Assembly: GCA_964016885.1 (NCBI GenBank)
Contig: OZ024740.1
Coordinates: 360,344,001-360,408,000, forward strand
Direction of reading: 5' to 3'
DNA: 64,000 nucleotides
From: Eledone cirrhosa
Taxonomy: Eukaryota
Program-made: the position numbers and the translations under genes
The notes under the pieces: model-generated
Databases searched by the model: none
What the model was told of the DNA's origin: nothing
Seen by the model: the letters and a program-made list of their open reading frames with translations, nothing else
Shown here: positions 1 through 10,998 of the stretch, in pieces
How positions within the stretch are numbered: the stretch's first letter is position 1
How the letters are laid out: each line of letters starts with the position of its first letter

Positions 1-991
1 CCTGAAGATCAGCCTTGTCCTCTGGTACCCCAATGGCAATCACTTCATGGGTAGCAGATTCCGCAGTCTTTTCAGTCTTTCCAGCAAGAGGTACAGGGAG
101 ATTCTTTAGCAAGGCATTCCGATAAGACCCCTCATTGTGGGGTCCTACCCGAATGCTTGCCTCTATTCCTGCAACTTCCCTTCTCAGAGCAGAAATCATT
201 AGTTGCAGTTCCGCAAAATCTGTACTGGTCGGTTGTTGTTGCTGCTGCTGCTGTCGTTGTTAGTGATGATGATGTTCCTCCACGGGAATGGCAGGGGAGG
301 ACACAGTCGCAGGTTGTTGCTGTTGTTGTTGTTGTTGGTGATGATGATGTTCCTCCACGGGAATGGCAGGGGAGGACACAGTCGCAGGTTGTTGCTGTTG
401 TTGTTGTTGGTGATGATGATGTTCCTCCACGGGAATGGTAGGGGAAGACACAGTCACCAGTTGTTGGTGTCGAGATGTACTGGGAGTGGAAGACATGGGT
501 TGTTGTTGTTTCTGATGTTCTCCCACAGGAATAACAGTAGAAGCCAGTGTCATAGGTTTTTGCCGTTGTTCAGTAACAATGGTAGAGGAAGACACAGTCA
601 TTGGTTTTTGTTGTTGTTGTTGTTTTTCAATAACATTAATAACATTCGTGGAGGCAGACACACAGGCCAGACACTGAAAGGACCAGGATTTTAGCTGGAC
701 CATCTCCCATATTCCCTCCATCATAGCATTATGATGTCTCTTTTTTTGGCCTGGGATCCTCCGGAAGCCTGTGGCGCATTGAAGGCAGACAGAGATGCGA
801 CAGGTTCCACATTCGACCCAGCGATTACGGAACGAGTTTTCGGGTTCCGCACAGATATGGCAGATGTGATTTTCTGGGCAATGTTCTATCTTGGGACATC
901 GGCCGGTTTTGTCGCATATTTCATCGATGGATATCACCATGGCAATTTTGTTATTTCTACCCATCCGTAGAAAAACACAGAATGTAAACAA
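1..991 (-). pseudogene. LINE ORF1-like protein relic (PHD-type zinc finger, Q/H-rich repeats, coiled coil, start of RRM-like region); runs off the window edge
   Basis: ORF 260..991(-) has CHICAEP...WVECGTC...VCLQC...FQCLAC. The stop at 260-262 is a TAA inside a CAA run, and the same frame stays open to base 1: FAELQLMISALRREVAGIE...SYRNALLK...VIAIGVPE. This resembles CR1/L2-type ORF1p. Confidence 0.6.
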
Positions 992-1248
992 TATAGGTTT
1001 AGCGCACTTGATTACGATAGAAATAAAATGTCTGTTTTTTTGTGTATTTTGTTTCCGTTTTCCTAAATGTTGTGTGTGTACAGAAGAGTCTGAATTACAT
1101 TACATGTAAACAAATAAATATGCTGCGTAAGTTAAATGAAACGTACTGTAGAAGGCAGTTGTTTATTAACAGCGAAATAAGGTTGTTTTTTTTTTTTTGT
1201 TTTTTTTTTATAACACTATCTGTGTGTGTGTGTATATATGTATATATA

Positions 1249-1290
<42 letters not shown>

Positions 1291-1995
1291 TGTAACGTTT
1301 TTCGAAATATTTACTTCTGCGTTCACAGAACGCTAGTATATCATAAAATAAAAAAAAACAACAACCAAAGCTGTTAATTGTACATTTAACTGACAGACAT
1401 ATGTTTGCCAGACGACATAAAAACATGCATGCAGTACATTCTCATTGAAATCCGACTTATCAGGATCTATAAAAACATATTTAAATTAACATTAAAAAGA
1501 TCATATTAGTTGTCCATATCAACTGGTGTAAATATGTCATGATGTCCTAACAACAACCTATGGTTAAAGGGAGATAACCACGCTTAGTCTAATTCAGGGT
1601 AGTAATCAAATTGGTTACGGTGACCCTACAAATAATAATAGTAAAAATATTAAAATATAGATTATCAATGTTATCACCGATTACTACGCAATGTTAAATT
1701 ATTGAACAAGAGTGACAGCTAGGTGAGGGACATTATAGAGATCAGAATTACCCTACAATATATGCCCTCAGAATTGCATTCAAGTTGGATCGAATGTCGA
1801 GTGATAGAACGATTGAAAAATGTTATGGTTGCAAGAAGGGATGAGCTCATTCTGGTCTGAACTTTTATATAGATATATATATGTATAGTTGTTTTAATTT
1901 CAATGCTTAATTATCAGTGTTGTTAATTGCATCACCCCAGTCAAGTAGAAGCTTGTCTTCATATTCATTAATATATATGTATATATATATATATA

Positions 1996-2333
1996 CATGG
2001 CTTAGTGGTTAGAGCATTGGCCTTGCAATCGAAAGGTTGTGAGTTCAATTCTCAGACCGGGTGATGTGTTGTTTCCTTGAGCAAGACACTTTATTTCACA
2101 TTGCTCCAGTTTCCTCAGCTGTAGAAATGAGATGATAGAGACTGGGGTCCCTATCATTCCACTGCAAAGTGGTTGTGGAGGTGTTACGGCAAAAAAGCAC
2201 CCAGCACCTACTGTAAAATGAGGTTGGTGTTAGGAAGGGCATCCAGCTGTAGAAATCAAGCCAGATTCTGTTCCCGTCCCACCCTTGCAAGCAGGGAAAA
2301 GCGGACGTAAAATGAAATGATGAAATGATGATA
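1996..2333 (+). mobile_element. tRNA-derived SINE with RTE-derived 3' tail
   Basis: A-box-like TGGCTTAGTGGTTAG and B-box-like GAGTTCAATTC. The 3' end CCCACCCTTGCAAGCAGGGAAAAGCGGACGTAAAATG(ATG)n matches the RTE 3' ends near 34740 and 42520. Flanked by (TA)n. Confidence 0.8.
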
Positions 2334-2342
2334 TATATATTG

Positions 2343-2410
2343 CCTTGTCTGACGAGCGAATGCGGACGTTTCTTGTATTCATCTTATTCGGGAAACCTCT
2401 GGTAATGTGG
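2343..2410 (+). ncRNA. degenerate type I hammerhead ribozyme motif with long helix II
   Basis: ccttgt-CTGACGA-g-cgaat...attcg-g-GAAA-cc-tct-gg-TA-atgtgg. Helix I is imperfect and the 10.1-11.1 pair is G/G. Confidence 0.55.
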
Positions 2411-2535
2411 TAATTATATTTTATTGTTTATTATACATTATATATATATATACACATTTCGTTTTTTTATTTGTTTTGCAAGATTTCTTATCTGAAAATG
2501 GGTTGAAACAGATATTTTTATAGTTTGGGAGAGTC

Positions 2536-4530
2536 TTGCTGCCAATAAAAACACATGCACCTGTTGGTTTTCACTTCAACGCTCATATGATGATGTGGAC
2601 TAGCATAATGCAGCCTAATAAACGGACTGCCAACAACTTCCAGACCTGGAACAACGATGTACCAACGCTGTATGGGCTTCGCAAAGACCAAAAGGCAGAT
2701 AGTAACCCAGTCACAGGACCACCAATACGGCCAATCTGTGGAGCTAACATTGCTAGCAACTACAGACTCTTCTACCTTCTCTCCCTGACCATACGGCCTA
2801 TCATCATGTCTCCAGATATATGCAACAGCACGGAGGACCTTCTCAGCAGAATAAGTGAATGCAACCTGTCTAGGGACCTAAAAGGCTGTACAATAGGTAG
2901 CATGGATGTAGTGTCCCTATACCCATCCATCGACGTTGATTTTGCTGTGGACAAATGCATAGTAATGATCAGCAAGAGCGATGTGGAATTCCGTGGGTTT
3001 GATACCAGTGAGCTGGGACTGCTACTTAAACTCACACATAATAAGGAATATTTAGACACATATGACCTCAGCAGCCTCTGCCCCACAAGGCCAGAAAAAG
3101 GCAGACCATCTACCTTTACCTCAAATACCAAGAAGACCCACACAGAAAGATGGGGCGAATGGACCAGAGCCATATGGAGCCCCGAAAACCATGATAAATT
3201 AAAGAAAATGATCGCAAATGCGGTAGGGGCCAGTATGAAACTAACCCTTAAGGAATATGTGTTCAAGTTTAATGGCAAAACATATGTCCAAGAGGAGGGG
3301 GCAGCCATTGGCGTTAACATTGTAGGTGACATAGCTAACCTCTTTATGGTATGGTGGGACAGAAGACTTAAGGAACAATTAGACAACAATTTTATAGCCT
3401 TGACTATGTACTCCAGCTACGTAGATGACCTAAATATTGTAGTAAAAATACCCCCACAAGAGAACAGTCAGGAATTAGAGAAGAACACTATGGAAAGCAT
3501 CCAGCAAATAGCTAACTCCATCCAACAGTGTATTAAAGTTACTATACACTACCCAACTAAACACCCCAACCATAGATTACCCGTACTAGACACAGAACTC
3601 TGTTTGGAAGCTATTAGTAATAGAACGCAAATCCTCCATTCGCATTATGGCGAACCCATGACCTCCAAATACCTGATCCACCAAAACTCAGCTGTTTCAG
3701 ATCACATAAAAATCAACATACTGATTGCAGACTTAGTAAGAGTGATGAGGAATGTGTCCCGCATGTGCAACTCCAAATAATTAGAGAGACACATACAACA
3801 CTTCGTCCACCGAATGCAGTTCTCTGGCTACAATCAGAGAGACAAGATCAGGGTATATAAAGGAGCCAGAACCAAATAGGCAAAGATTGTAGAAAATGAT
3901 GCAAATGAGACTTGTCCCATGTATAGGAGCAAATTTTGGAACAGAATAGAAAGGATTAGGAATAAGGCAAATAAAATCAACTCATGGTATGATAGCAATA
4001 AATACCAGAGTGTAATGTTCATCAATACAACCCCTAGAGGCGAACTAGCTTACAGATTTAGAAGGGCCCTAGAAAAGCTCAAATTAAATATTAAGATAGT
4101 TGAAAGACCAGGTATTCCATAAAAACCCTAATTAGTAAAACATACCCATTTCAAAGATCCCCCTGTGCTGATAGGAAATGCATAGTCTGCAAGCCAAGCC
4201 TGTAAACTAACTACAAAACTAGGAACGTAGTATATAGCATATGATGTTCTGAGGGACAGTGTAGGAATAAGAACATAATATACATAGGTGAAACAGCCCA
4301 TAGCATAGGAGAAAGGATAATTGAACACTGGCGAGAACTCCAGGATGGGAAAAGCTCATCAGTACTCCACCAACATGCCAAAATAGAACATAGGGGCATA
4401 TTAGAGAACATAAAGATAAAAATTATATCCACACACAGCAAAGATGCAATGCTCAGACAAATCAGAGATGACAATCATAAACAAACTCCAACCAAAACTA
4501 AACAGCAAACATGAGTGGAATAGCAACATC
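2536..4530 (+). mobile_element. Penelope-like retroelement (RT plus C-terminal GIY-YIG endonuclease), disrupted by stops and frameshifts
   Basis: SMDVVSLYPSI, YVQEEGAAIG, YVDD and LPVLD in ORF 2536..3780. Downstream: RMQFSGY, MFINTTPRGELA, NVVYSIxC...YIGETAHSIGERIIEH...SVLHQHAKIEH. Confidence 0.9.
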
Positions 4531-4728
4531 ACAACTAGTAATTAAAGACAAAATGAAGACATACAGACACACACAAAAACCAAACTAATAAAACAAATCA
4601 GACACACAGATAGAACAAACAACCAACTAGTGACAAGTAAATAAACCCATAAATAAATAAAAACACACATACAAAAACAAGATGGGGTAGGACAGAATAA
4701 AGGAGAGACACACAAAAATAAAAACCTA

Positions 4729-4771
4729 GTCACTGAGGAGGTCAAAGAATGAGTGACAAAAGAGCTTTGAT
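4729..4771 (+). ncRNA. decayed hammerhead motif 3' of the PLE ORF
   Basis: gtca-CTGAGGA-ggtc...gac-aaaa-gagc-TT-tgat. The GAAA box reads AAAA. Confidence 0.4.
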
Positions 4772-5269
4772 AATATATAAACAACCTTCCAGTTATCGAA
4801 CTAACCAGCCAACCGGAAATTTATAATAAATTGAAGTGAAAACCAACAGGTTCGTGTGTTTTTATTGGCAACATAACCCTCCCAAAGTATAATAATAATA
4901 TATATATATACACACATATATATATATATATTTATAAATGAATAAAAAAAATATGGGCGAAGGCAGGAAAATGAACGAATACATACAGTAGTCCCATCTC
5001 ATCAGTCGACCACTAGAGATATGTTGTTTCAGTACTTTAAGGTTGATACAACTGGCCCTAGTGTACAAGGGACAGTAACAAATGGATAAAAGACAAGACG
5101 ATAGTCTTAATAACTATTTACACATAATAACAAATTTGCTACTAACCCATGATCTGCAACTGAAAAGATATTGATCAGGCCCAACATATTGATTCACACA
5201 CACACATACATTAGTGTTATACATTATACTGTGTGTATTATATATATGTTTGTATATTTTTATTCTTAG

Positions 5270-5446
5270 GAAGGTGTCAGGGTTAAACGCTTCCCAGGCT
5301 AAACATATTATTGAATGGCGGGAAAAGCAAGGAAACTTCTGCAACCGTGAACAGTTACAACTGGTGAAGGGAATTGGAGAGAAAACGTACAAACAATGTG
5401 CTGGCTTTATCCGAATTAACATCACTGTGAACCGATCAGACCTGAG
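5270..5446 (+). CDS. SRBD1: SRBD1 (Tex-like S1 RNA-binding protein) internal exon, helix-hairpin-helix region
   Basis: ttcttag acceptor and GTATGT donor. Encodes [50 protein letters not shown], matching the Tex/SRBD1 GL...II.WR...G.F.NRE.L..V.G.G.K...QCAGFIRI motif. Confidence 0.92.
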
Positions 5447-5469
5447 GTATGTATCAATCCTACACACAC

Positions 5470-6843
5470 AGCCATAACAACAGCTACGCAGCCATAACAA
5501 CAGCTACACAGCCATAACAACAGCTACACAGCCATAACAACAGCTACACCACAATAACAACAGCTCTACAGCTACACCACAATAACAGCTATGCTGCCAT
5601 AACAACACCTACACTTCCATAACAATAGCTACACTGCCAAAACAACAGCTACACTGCCAAAACAACAGCTACACTGCCAAAACAACAGTTACACTGCCAT
5701 AACAACAGCTACACCACAATAACAACAGCTCTACAGCTACACCACAATAACAGCTACACTGCCAAAACAACAGCTCCACTGCCAAAACAACAGCTCCACT
5801 GCCAAAACAACAGCTACACTGCCATAACAACAGCTACACTGCCACAACAACAGCTACACTGCCATAACAACAGCTACACTGCCATAACAACAGCTACACT
5901 GCCACAACAACAGCTACACTGCCAAAACAACAGCTACACTGCCAAAACAACAGCTACACTGCCAAAACAACAGCTCCACTGCCAAAACAACAGCTCCACT
6001 GCCAAAACAACAGCTCCACTGCCAAAACAACAGCTACACTGCCACAACAACAGCTACACTGCCATAACAACAGCTACACTGCCATAACAACAGCTACACT
6101 GCCACAACAACAGCTACACTGCCAAAACAACAGCTACACTGCCAAAACAACAGCTACACTGCCAAAACAACAGCTACACTGCCAAAACAACAGCTACACT
6201 GCCAAAACAACAGCTACACTGCCAAAACAACAGTTACACTGCCATAACAACAGCTACACTGCCAAAACAACAGCTACACTGCCAAAACAACAGCTACACT
6301 GCCATAACAACAGCTACACTGCCATAACAACAGCTACACTGCCATAACAACAGCTACACTGCCATAACAACAGCTACACTGCCAAAACAACAGCTACACT
6401 GCCATAACAACAGCTACACTGCCATAACAACAGCTACACTGCCATAACAACAGCTACACTGCCATAACAACAGCTACACTGCCAAAACAACAGCTACACT
6501 GCCAAAACAACAGCTACACTGCCAAAACAACAGCTACACTGTCAAAACAACAGCTACACTGCCAAAACAACAGCTACACTGCCAAAACAACAGCTACACT
6601 GCCATAACAACAGCTACACTGCCATAACAACAGCTACACTGCCATAACAACAGCTACACTGCCAAAACAACAGCTACACTGCCATAACAAAAGCTACACT
6701 GCCAAAACAACAGCTACACTGCCATAAGAGCTACACAGCCATAACAACAGCTACACTGCCATAAGAGCTACACAGCCATAACAACAGCTACACTGCCATA
6801 ACAACAGCTATACCACAACAACAGCTACACAACAATAACAACA
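5470..6843 (+). repeat. 20-bp minisatellite (GCTACACTGCCA[T/A/C]AACAACA)n, roughly 65 units
   Basis: Directly visible tandem array filling almost the whole 5447-6862 intron. Confidence 0.97.
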
Positions 6844-6862
6844 ATATTTCAATTCCTTGCAG

Positions 6863-7030
6863 TGAAGAAATGTCTGAGGAAGAAGAAGCTGGAACTTCGA
6901 AGGGAAGAAAGCGCAAGCTAAATACTGGCACAAATCGAAGTTCCAAGAAAGTTAAACTGGAAGTGAGTGATGGTACAAATCCACTGGATCGCACATGGAT
7001 CCACCCAGAGTCTTATAACATTGCTAAGAA
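6863..7030 (+). CDS. SRBD1: SRBD1 internal exon
   Basis: ccttgcag acceptor and GTGAGT donor, phase-compatible (phase 2) with the previous exon. Encodes EEMSEEEEAGTSKGRKRKL...NPLDRTWIHPESYNIAK; NPLD.T.IHPESY is a Tex/SRBD1 hallmark. Confidence 0.92.
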
Positions 7031-7094
7031 GTGAGTTGGTTTACTTGTTGATATACATTGTTTGTTGTTAGTATTGTCATTACCACCTCCACCA

Positions 7095-7517
7095 GCACAG
7101 GAGATAGGTAGATAGATGGATGGATAGATATTATCACCAGCATGAAAGATAGGCAGATAGATGGTGGGATAGATAGCTGGATGGTATCACCAGCACCAAA
7201 GATAAATAGGTGGATAGATAGAGGAATAGATGTCGTCATCATCATCATCCTCACCAACACAGAGGATTGATAGATGAATAGATGTCGTCACCACCATCAC
7301 CTTCATCATTACCTGCACTGAATATAGGTAGGTAGATGGATGGATAGATGGATTCATCACCACCACCATCATTATCATCAGCACAAAAGATAAATAGATA
7401 GGTGGATTGATAGATGGATAGATGTCATCACCACCATCACTTGCACCGAATATAGGTAGATGGATGGAAAAATAGATATTTGGATAGATTCAGCATTACC
7501 ACCATTATCATCATCAG
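7095..7517. repeat. compound (GATA/GATG)n and (CAT/CAC)n degenerate repeat
   Basis: Alternating gatagatgga and catcatcacc blocks. Confidence 0.8.
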
Positions 7518-7535
7518 ACTGGTTAATTTTGTGCG

Positions 7536-10501
7536 TAGGCAAGGCGGGTCTTCTGTATTACTGCATAGTGCCAAAGATCTCGATCCAGTGATATTGTCTT
7601 AGAGAGGTGTAAGTGTGCAAGGTCAGATTTTATAATGTCGTCCCAGGTTTTTCTAGGTCTACCTACTCAGTAACTTCCATCAATTTTGATTGCCCTGCAC
7701 TTTTTTATACAGCTGTCGTCTTTCATGCGCATCACATGACCATACCAACATAATCTTCTCTCAAGTAAACAGCATCTGATCCCTCTTATTCCTAATTTCT
7801 CACTTAGTTCATTTATGTTTTGCCGTTCGTGTATATTATTACACATCCAGTGGAGCATGCATGCTTCGTTCCTTTCCAAAATCTGTGCAAGTCCTCTGCA
7901 CACAACACCCAGGTCCCACTACCATGTAATATCGCTGTTCGTATACAAGCATCATACAATCTGCCTTTCACTTTTAGAGAAAAACCCCTTGTGGCCAACA
8001 GCAATATTAGCTCTCTGAACATTTTCCATCCCATTCTAACTCTGGTTACTACATCCTCCATTGCTGATTTTGTCACCCAGGTAACGAAAAGTGTCTACTC
8101 TTTCTATAGAACCATCTAGGCAGTTGAAAGAGATAGTATCCAGTGAGTCCTTGCTACTTACTGCACCTGAGCATCGGCCACATATAAAATCTACATTCTT
8201 AGATAGCTTACCTAAGATCCCACTACATCTTTTATGTACCCATAGTTTGCATTTGGGATATAGAATGGAGTTTCTACCTACTCCTTTCTTACACAATGAG
8301 CATGGCCATTTCCTAGATGGCACCTGTGCCCTATTCTCCTTTTTACATACTAGAATTTTAGTCTTAGACAAGTTGACTCTAAGGCCTTTTGATTCTAGGC
8401 CATGCTTCCATGTTTGCAGCTTCTTCTCTAGTTCAGCCATGGATTCAGCTATGAGAGTTAGATCACCTGCATATAGAAGTTCCCATGAGCAGCTGGTCTT
8501 AAACCCCTATGTTATAGCCTGTAGGACAATAATAAACAGGAGGGGGCTAAGGACGGAGCCTTGGTGAACCCCTACTATTTTGCTAAATTCATCACTATAT
8601 TCATTGTTAATTCTAACCTTGCTGACTGTTCCTCTATACATGACTTGTATAGCTCTCACAAGCCATTCTTTCACTCCTAGTTTTCTAAAAGCCCACCAGA
8701 TTAAGGTGTGTGGGACTCTGTCAAAGACCTTCTCCAAAAATCTAAGTAGAGAGGTTTACTATTTAGCTAGGTACTTTTGTAATTGGCGTACAAGGAAAAG
8801 AGAATCCGTGGTACTTTTACCTGGCACAAACCCAAACTGTATTTCATCTAGATCAATTTGGTCTCTAATCAGTTGAGTAATAACTCTTTCTGTGATTTTC
8901 ATGATTTGGTCAAATTTAATGCCCCTATAGTTTCCTCTATCCAGGGCGTCTCCTTTGCCCTTGTAACAGTTGACGATGCTGCTGCTACGCCAGTCATTTG
9001 GTATGACCCCATTCTGTATTACTTGGTTTACTATCTGGGTGACCATAGTATGTCCTACCATTCCAGATACCTTCAACATTTCAGCAACTATACCCGAAGG
9101 CCTAGCTGCCTTGCCTGTCTTCATATTTTTGATTGCCTTACTTACTATACTACCATTAACTTGCACAGCTGGTCCTTCTATTGGATCGATGTGGGGCAGA
9201 CTATCTTTATTCCATTCATTCTCCACATTCAGTAGTCTCTCATAGTGACACTTCCAAGCTACCTCCTTATCACTGTCAGTGAGGGCAAATACACCATCGT
9301 CATTATGGACACACTTCTCCCCGACGATATCACAATTCTCCTTGACACATTGCCTTGCAATCCTGAATACCTCATGTCTTTGGTTCTCTCGTTGTAGAAT
9401 AGGCTTGAACTTACTGTCCTCTGCTTCCCTGTTTGCAAAGTATACTTATTGTCTAGCTTCTCTCCTAGCTACTCACTAGAGTTCTCTACTACCCCCATCC
9501 TGCCATTCTTTCCAAGCCTGCTTTTTGCCCTTGTTGGACTCCTCCACTTTACTGTTCCACCACCATGTCACTCTCCTCCTGCCTAACAGTCTGCTCCAGC
9601 CACAGACTTCATCAGTCGCCTTCAACAGGTTAACTTTCAGGAATTCCCACTGTTCCTCTATATTGTATGTCTTTAATTGCTCTTCCTTACTATCAAAAGC
9701 ATCAAGTCATATGCCTTTAAATTTGTTACTGGCTGTGGGGTCCTTCAACTTCCATAATCTTCTCCTTAAGGTATACCTCTGCCGCAAGTACGTCTGGCCC
9801 TGACTATGACGTCACTAACTACTAAGTTATGTTGGGAGGCACATTCTTTGCAAGAGAGGGACTTAGTGTTCAAAACAGACACTTTGTCTCGTTTTCTAGT
9901 CTATCTGGCTGGTGTGCTCCCCTGATCTATACGTGATCAAATGACTGTCACATTTTTTGATATTTGTGTTGCAGACAGTCAGGTCATTTGCATCACAGAA
10001 TTCCAGGATCCTGAAGGCCTCCTCATTTCTAGTACCAAACCCATAGCCTCCATGGACCCCATCATAGCCATCACAATGTTGTCCAACATGACCATTAAGG
10101 TCGCCAGCAATAATTATATAGTCACTGTTGGGTATCTGGGAGGTAGTGAGCATTAGAGACTCATAGAACGTGTCTTTAGTAAAGTTTGGTAATCCGGATT
10201 GGGGTGCATAAGCAGAAATAATTGATACAGTTGTCCTATTTAGTACTAATCTTATTTTAATGATCCTGTCATTCACTCTATCTACGGCAATTACCTTATC
10301 TACCCATTTTTCTACTAACATAATTCCAACACCACCCAGCCCGCTATCACAACCAATCCAGAAAAGCTTATAGCATTGTTTCTTGCCCACAATGAATCTA
10401 GCATACCCACCCCTCCACCTGGTCTCTTGAACACAACAAACATCGACTTCCTTACATTCAAGCATCTCTACAACCTTATTTGAGCAACCTTTCAATGTGC
10501 C
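7536..10501 (-). mobile_element. RTE-clade LINE (APE + RT), near full-length ORF, decayed
   Basis: Fragments VDVCCVQETRW, IIIAGDLNGHVG, YKGKGDALDRGNYRGI, QFGFVPGKSTTD, GVHQGSVLSPLLF, FRYLG, RLCWYGHVMRM. The 5' end abuts (TA)n. Confidence 0.93.
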
Positions 10502-10611
10502 TATATATATATATATATATATATGTAAAAGGTAAACAGAAATAACAACACAAACGGTACAGTATATGGAAGGTATATATTAGGTTAACGCTTGATATAG
10601 CAGGAAGAGGG

Positions 10612-10632
10612 TCTTAACGTTTCATCAGAAGA
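10612..10632 (-). ncRNA. hammerhead relic lacking helix II
   Basis: Minus strand reads tctt-CTGATGAAA-cg-TT-aaga. The two core boxes are fused, helix I (tctt/aaga) is intact, and helix III is the palindrome AACGTT. Confidence 0.45.
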
Positions 10633-10954
10633 AAGAATGAGAAATAAAATAGATTGAGGGGGCAGGCGAGATGGAATTGGAAAAAAATGTCTTTAGATAA
10701 AAATAACAGGTCCATTCATGTTGACATCTCTTGCAAAACTTGGTGTATGATTTATTTTTTAGAAAGGTGGATGATGGAGCACATCTACCTGAAATGAAAA
10801 AAAAAACGTTTTGTAAAAAGAGCTATACTTGAGCGTGTGTGTGTGTGTGTGTGTGTTATTACCGGCAATCGCTCTGTATAATCAGTTCCTGATTATTACT
10901 GGAATTCTATAAGAATCCAGCATCTATAATTTTCAACAAAGGTCGGCGAGTGCT

Positions 10955-10998
10955 AAGCTCTGATGATCACCAACAGTGTGAAACAGATCTGTCAGCTT
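10955..10998 (+). ncRNA. minimal type I hammerhead ribozyme
   Basis: aagct-CTGATGA-t-cac-caaca-gtg-t-GAAA-cagatctg-TC-agctt. 5-bp helix I, palindromic helix III (ACAGATCTGT), predicted GUC cleavage after 10993. Confidence 0.85.

Noticed and set aside
157-694. Plus-strand Leu/Val-rich ORFs resembling signal or membrane peptides
   Set aside because: Antisense shadows of the CAA/CAT repeats in the minus-strand ORF1.
1996-2070. tRNA gene-like A/B boxes (also near 13697, 26665, 58376 and 62233)
   Set aside because: No full cloverleaf; they continue into SINE bodies or are degenerate.
4985-5070. Minus-strand GAAAC and CTGATGA motifs
   Set aside because: Order and spacing do not give consistent hammerhead helices.
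5470-6843. CRISPR-like regular array
   Set aside because: Contiguous 20-bp units with no unique spacers, in a eukaryotic intron.
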